Source: Octopus bimaculoides (lineage: Eukaryota). From it: a DNA stretch of 37,340 nucleotides. The notes under the pieces are model-generated. The model was not told the DNA's origin. It made no database searches and saw nothing but the letters and a program-made list of their open reading frames with translations. The position numbers were made by a program, and so were the translations under genes. Each line of letters starts with the position of its first letter. The first letter of the stretch is position 1. Location of the stretch: positions 72,481,479 through 72,518,818 of the forward strand of contig NC_068982.1 of NCBI RefSeq assembly GCF_001194135.2, read 5' to 3'. Positions 33,971-37,340 of this stretch are shown here, in pieces.

Positions 33971-34715
33971 TATTGTATAACATACATTAAACTACGCATG
34001 GAGCAACACCATTGCGTTATTACATATAGCAGGTTATTGAAATACAAATACAGAAATTAATATACGCACTTGAAACAGCCTTAGATCAAAATATCAGTGT
34101 GCTTAACATTTAACGTACATACAAATGTACAACGGCACTAGCTATGATATTTCGTCTCAAAGAAGCCCTCAGAGTGATTTGGCACACCTACGCAAATGTG
34201 CCATTCCACGCAACTTAAAAGAAAATTGGTGGATGCACACACATGCATACTATGTCTACAAAATGAAACTTCAAATTAAAAAAAAATTGTGATATCATTT
34301 TGTATGTGTTCGTACCCTTCTTTTTATTCTTTTTCTTCACATTAAATTCCGATATAATCGCAATCTACACTATCTGAAATGTAATTGTAGAAAATTTCAT
34401 TTAGAAATACCCTTTGTTTCGTTGCTTTCAGAAAGATAAAAAAAAAAAGCCGACTCGTGTGAATTATCCTAAACTCCTCTCTCTATGACCCCGAAAAAAA
34501 ATTTCCACAAAAATTCTGATATAATCGGTATCTACACTTTTCCTAAGATATTTGTAGAAAATTTTATTAGCAACATATCCATTTATCTTGAGTTGTGAAG
34601 ACGTGTGTGTATGCACGCGTGTGCGGGGGGCACACAGTATGCCGAGACGTGCGTTAGAAGGCAAAACCGCTGGATGTTCCTCTGAGACAAAGTATTATAG
34701 CTACTACGTTAGTTT

Positions 34716-34890
34716 TATGTCTTTTACTTGTTTCAGTCATTGGACTTCGACCATGCTGGGGCATCGCTTTTAAGAGTTTTAGTCGAACAAATTGACTCCA
34801 GTACCTTGTGTTTTTTGAAGTCTGATATCTATTCTACAAATCAACACCGGTTGTCAAGCGGAGGCGCGATGGGTAACAAGCACAGACATA
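34716..34890 (-). mobile_element. SINE family A 3' half
   Basis: Reverse complement of the family A tail (TCTTTTACTTGTTTCAGTCATTGGACT..CCATGCTGG). Confidence 0.8.
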
Positions 34891-34909
34891 CAGTCAGACT
34901 TGAAGCCGA

Positions 34910-35520
34910 GTAGAATTTCCCTATAATAACTTATAGCAACATAGTACTCAATCTGTACCTTCCCAAAACACATGGGTTAAATTTTCTTAATAGAAATCAA
35001 ATAACATCAACAACAAACTCTAGTTAGACATCTTATGACCAAACATTTTCACCTCCTTATATGCTTTCAGATCACTAAAACACAACAATAACCAAATTTC
35101 TTTACTAACAATTTCATACTCTGAATCTAATAAACCTGAACTAGACACACTTGACAACAAAGTTTTATACACTTGACTGAACTCTGAAAAATATCACAAC
35201 TTCAGCTTTAAACAATAGAACCTTCTATAATATCATTCCATAAGCACTCACCCTACAAACATACATGTCCTCTACCTATCTCTATCATCCTTCCTATACA
35301 GCTCTTTGCCGGATGTACATATACCAAACATAATTATCATTACACAAAACTCCACCTACCCCAGAAAAACTACTTAGCAGAGACTATATAAAGCCAAGAT
35401 AAACCCAAATTTATCACAGTCTGACGAAGGCAGGCAGGCCGAAACTTGGAAGTCACTGCCGCCCTTCTTGTAAGAGTATAATACGTACTCTACAAAAATT
35501 GAGTACGTCTTCAATTTAAT
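34910..35520 (+). mobile_element. Probable Penelope-like element 3' remnant (decayed ORF end plus pLTR with hammerhead)
   Basis: Strand-biased A/C-rich segment ending in a TATA-like ACTATATAAAG (about 35383-93) followed by the hammerhead. Decayed codons 'TLVRHL' and 'FHTLNLINLN*' loosely resemble the end of a PLE GIY-YIG domain. Boundaries approximate. Confidence 0.45.
35417..35458 (+). ncRNA. Minimal type I hammerhead ribozyme motif (intact core, GUC cleavage site)
   Basis: Stem I CAGT(35417-20)/ACTG(35455-58); core CTGACGA(35421-27) plus A; stem II GGC/GCC with AGGCAG loop; GAAA(35441-44); quasi-palindromic stem III A-CTT-GG-AAG-T; NUH = GTC, predicted cleavage after 35454. Confidence 0.8.
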
Positions 35521-36039
35521 GTTAAATTATTGTTATAACTAAACAAAATAATCAAACATTAATGTATGTGTGTGATATCAAAAGTTGACAGTCAACTAGT
35601 TCGCGACTGTGGGGGTTTTGTTAATATAAACGTTAAAAAAAATGTAAGGTATGTAACTCGAACTTATGAGGGAGACGTTATAGCGTAGTGTAAGGGTTGT
35701 AAAGTATAAATGTTTATACTATTTATTTTACAGAGAGCAAACATCTGATTTAGAACTCAATATGCTTGGCAGAGGGGATAGATGTGCTTATTACATCAGA
35801 AGCTGACAGTCGCGAACAACCCAGCCTGGGGTTAAACTCTAGTTAATTTTTGATATAAAACACACACACACACACACAGAGGCATTGTATGGCCGAAGGA
35901 TAAAAAAGTCCTTTTCGCAACCGTGAAATATCGTGGGTTCAATTCCATTGAATGATATTTTGAGCAAATATCATTTTCTGTACCCTTGGATTGACTCATA
36001 GCTACAAAGCGAAATTAGATAGACGGAAACTGTATAGAA

Positions 36040-36212
36040 GCCCGCCGGGTGGTTTGTATCCGAAATTTAAAAGGTGCTATCTTGTCACACTGTATCAAAC
36101 TGATTCTGCTTAAGAATTACATTCAAAAGTGACTGAATATCCCAGTCACGTGGGATATTCAACCACTTACATAATTCAGGGACAGGTAATTCGACTGATT
36201 AAACAATTGAAT
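36040..36212 (-). mobile_element. Diverged SINE fragment (Nin-domain-like) containing a local inversion
   Basis: Minus strand CGATGAGGATTC..CCTG..TGAATT..GTAAGTGGTTGA..CAGTGTGACAAG matches my recollection of an octopus SINE core; not verified by search. Confidence 0.5.
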
Positions 36213-36234
36213 CCTCATCGCTGAAACCTCACTT

Positions 36235-36590
36235 TGCAACCACTTGGTTTCGAGTTTAGTCCTATACGGCGGCACCTTGGGCAAATGTCTTCTGCTGTAG
36301 CCCTGGGCCGATCAGTGCCTCGTGAGTAAATAAGCGGAATCTGTGTGGAAGCCCGTCGAATATATGTATGTGTGTGTGTCTTTGTGTTTGTCTTTCCCCA
36401 CCAACACCACCACTTGAAAATGGGTGTTGGTTTGTTTGCGTTCCCGTGTCGTAGCGGTTCAGCAAAAGAGAACGAAAGGATATGCACCAGACTTCAAAAA
36501 AAAAAAAAAAATTACTGGGGTCGATTTGTTTACTGAACCCTTCAAGGTGGTCATCCAGCAAGGCCGCAGTCCAATAATTGAAACAAAGAT
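36235..36590 (+). mobile_element. SINE family A, diverged
   Basis: GGCACCTTGGGCAAATGTCTTCTGCTGTAGCCCTGGGCCGA...GGCCGCAGTCCAATAATTGAAAC. Confidence 0.85.
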
Positions 36591-37340
36591 ATATGAATGA
36601 GCGCGCGTTTCCTCACGCACGCGGAAACATTATTATTATTAAACAGCCGACTGAACTATCAGATTACTTATGACAAATGGAATGACTATGAACTATGAAA
36701 ATATAGCAACACTATCAGATTTCCTTACTTTACACACACACACAAACCACTATATAATCGATAATAGTAGTGCAAGATAAACTAACCAGTATTTAAAATC
36801 GCTGTGGACAAAACGAACGGATCGATACTAGGAGTAAGACATTATCAGATCATTGTACTTAGAGAAGCATGAATCAATGCCATAACGAGGTAAATAGAAG
36901 CAACAACATCAATGAAGCCTATCAAATTAACATGAACATCAATGATAACAACAACAACGATGGTGCATGTATGTATGTGTCTACATATATATATCATCAT
37001 CATCATCGTTTAACGTCCGCTTTCCATGCTAGCATGGGTTGGACGATTTGACTGAGGACTGGTGCAACCGGATGGCTACACCAGGCTCCAATCTAATTAT
37101 ATATATATATATTTTGGACATCCTTCAAGTAAACAAGCAAAAATCTATTGCAAGATGGAATATATATACCTCTGCCACCTAAGCTATATCAACTTTCGTT
37201 CCAACATAAATTTCCGGATTATTCACACAAGGATTAATCTGCACGAATTTCTACACGGATATTTACCACTGGAATGAAACTACTCTTCAAGTACTGTTCT
37301 CTCTTTTTTCAGCACGTCACACTCTTTACCACTTCATACT

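Noticed and set aside
1-37340. CRISPR array or prokaryotic operon
   Set aside because: No regularly spaced repeat-spacer structure and no gene-dense ORFs; the DNA is eukaryotic repeat-rich sequence.

Overview
Eukaryotic, AT-rich, repeat-dense and essentially non-coding DNA. The SINE families, (TA)n/(CA)n/(GA)n tracts and short N gaps look like a coleoid cephalopod, most likely Octopus (inferred from recalled repeat families; no search was run). I can identify no intact protein-coding gene, rRNA, tRNA gene or CRISPR array. Almost all supplied ORFs are microsatellite, SINE or N-gap artefacts. Supported content: (i) more than 20 tRNA-headed SINE copies or fragments from about 5 modular families; (ii) six copies of a TTAA-flanked piggyBac-type MITE; (iii) an internally deleted maT/DD37D-like Tc1/mariner; (iv) RTE-like LINE fragments; (v) a 5'-truncated L1/Tx1-like LINE with a perfect 18-bp TSD nested in a pogo-like MITE; (vi) a Helitron-type 3' end. 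The most interesting signals are two minimal type I hammerhead ribozyme motifs. One (35417-35458) has an intact core and a GUC site in a Penelope-like context. The other (31844-31883) has its 5' half overlapped by a perfect 29-bp inverted repeat. A sharp CpG-poor to CpG-rich transition near 19.4 kb, plus several splice-flanked open segments, suggests an unidentified multi-exon gene in the left half; its strand is unresolved.
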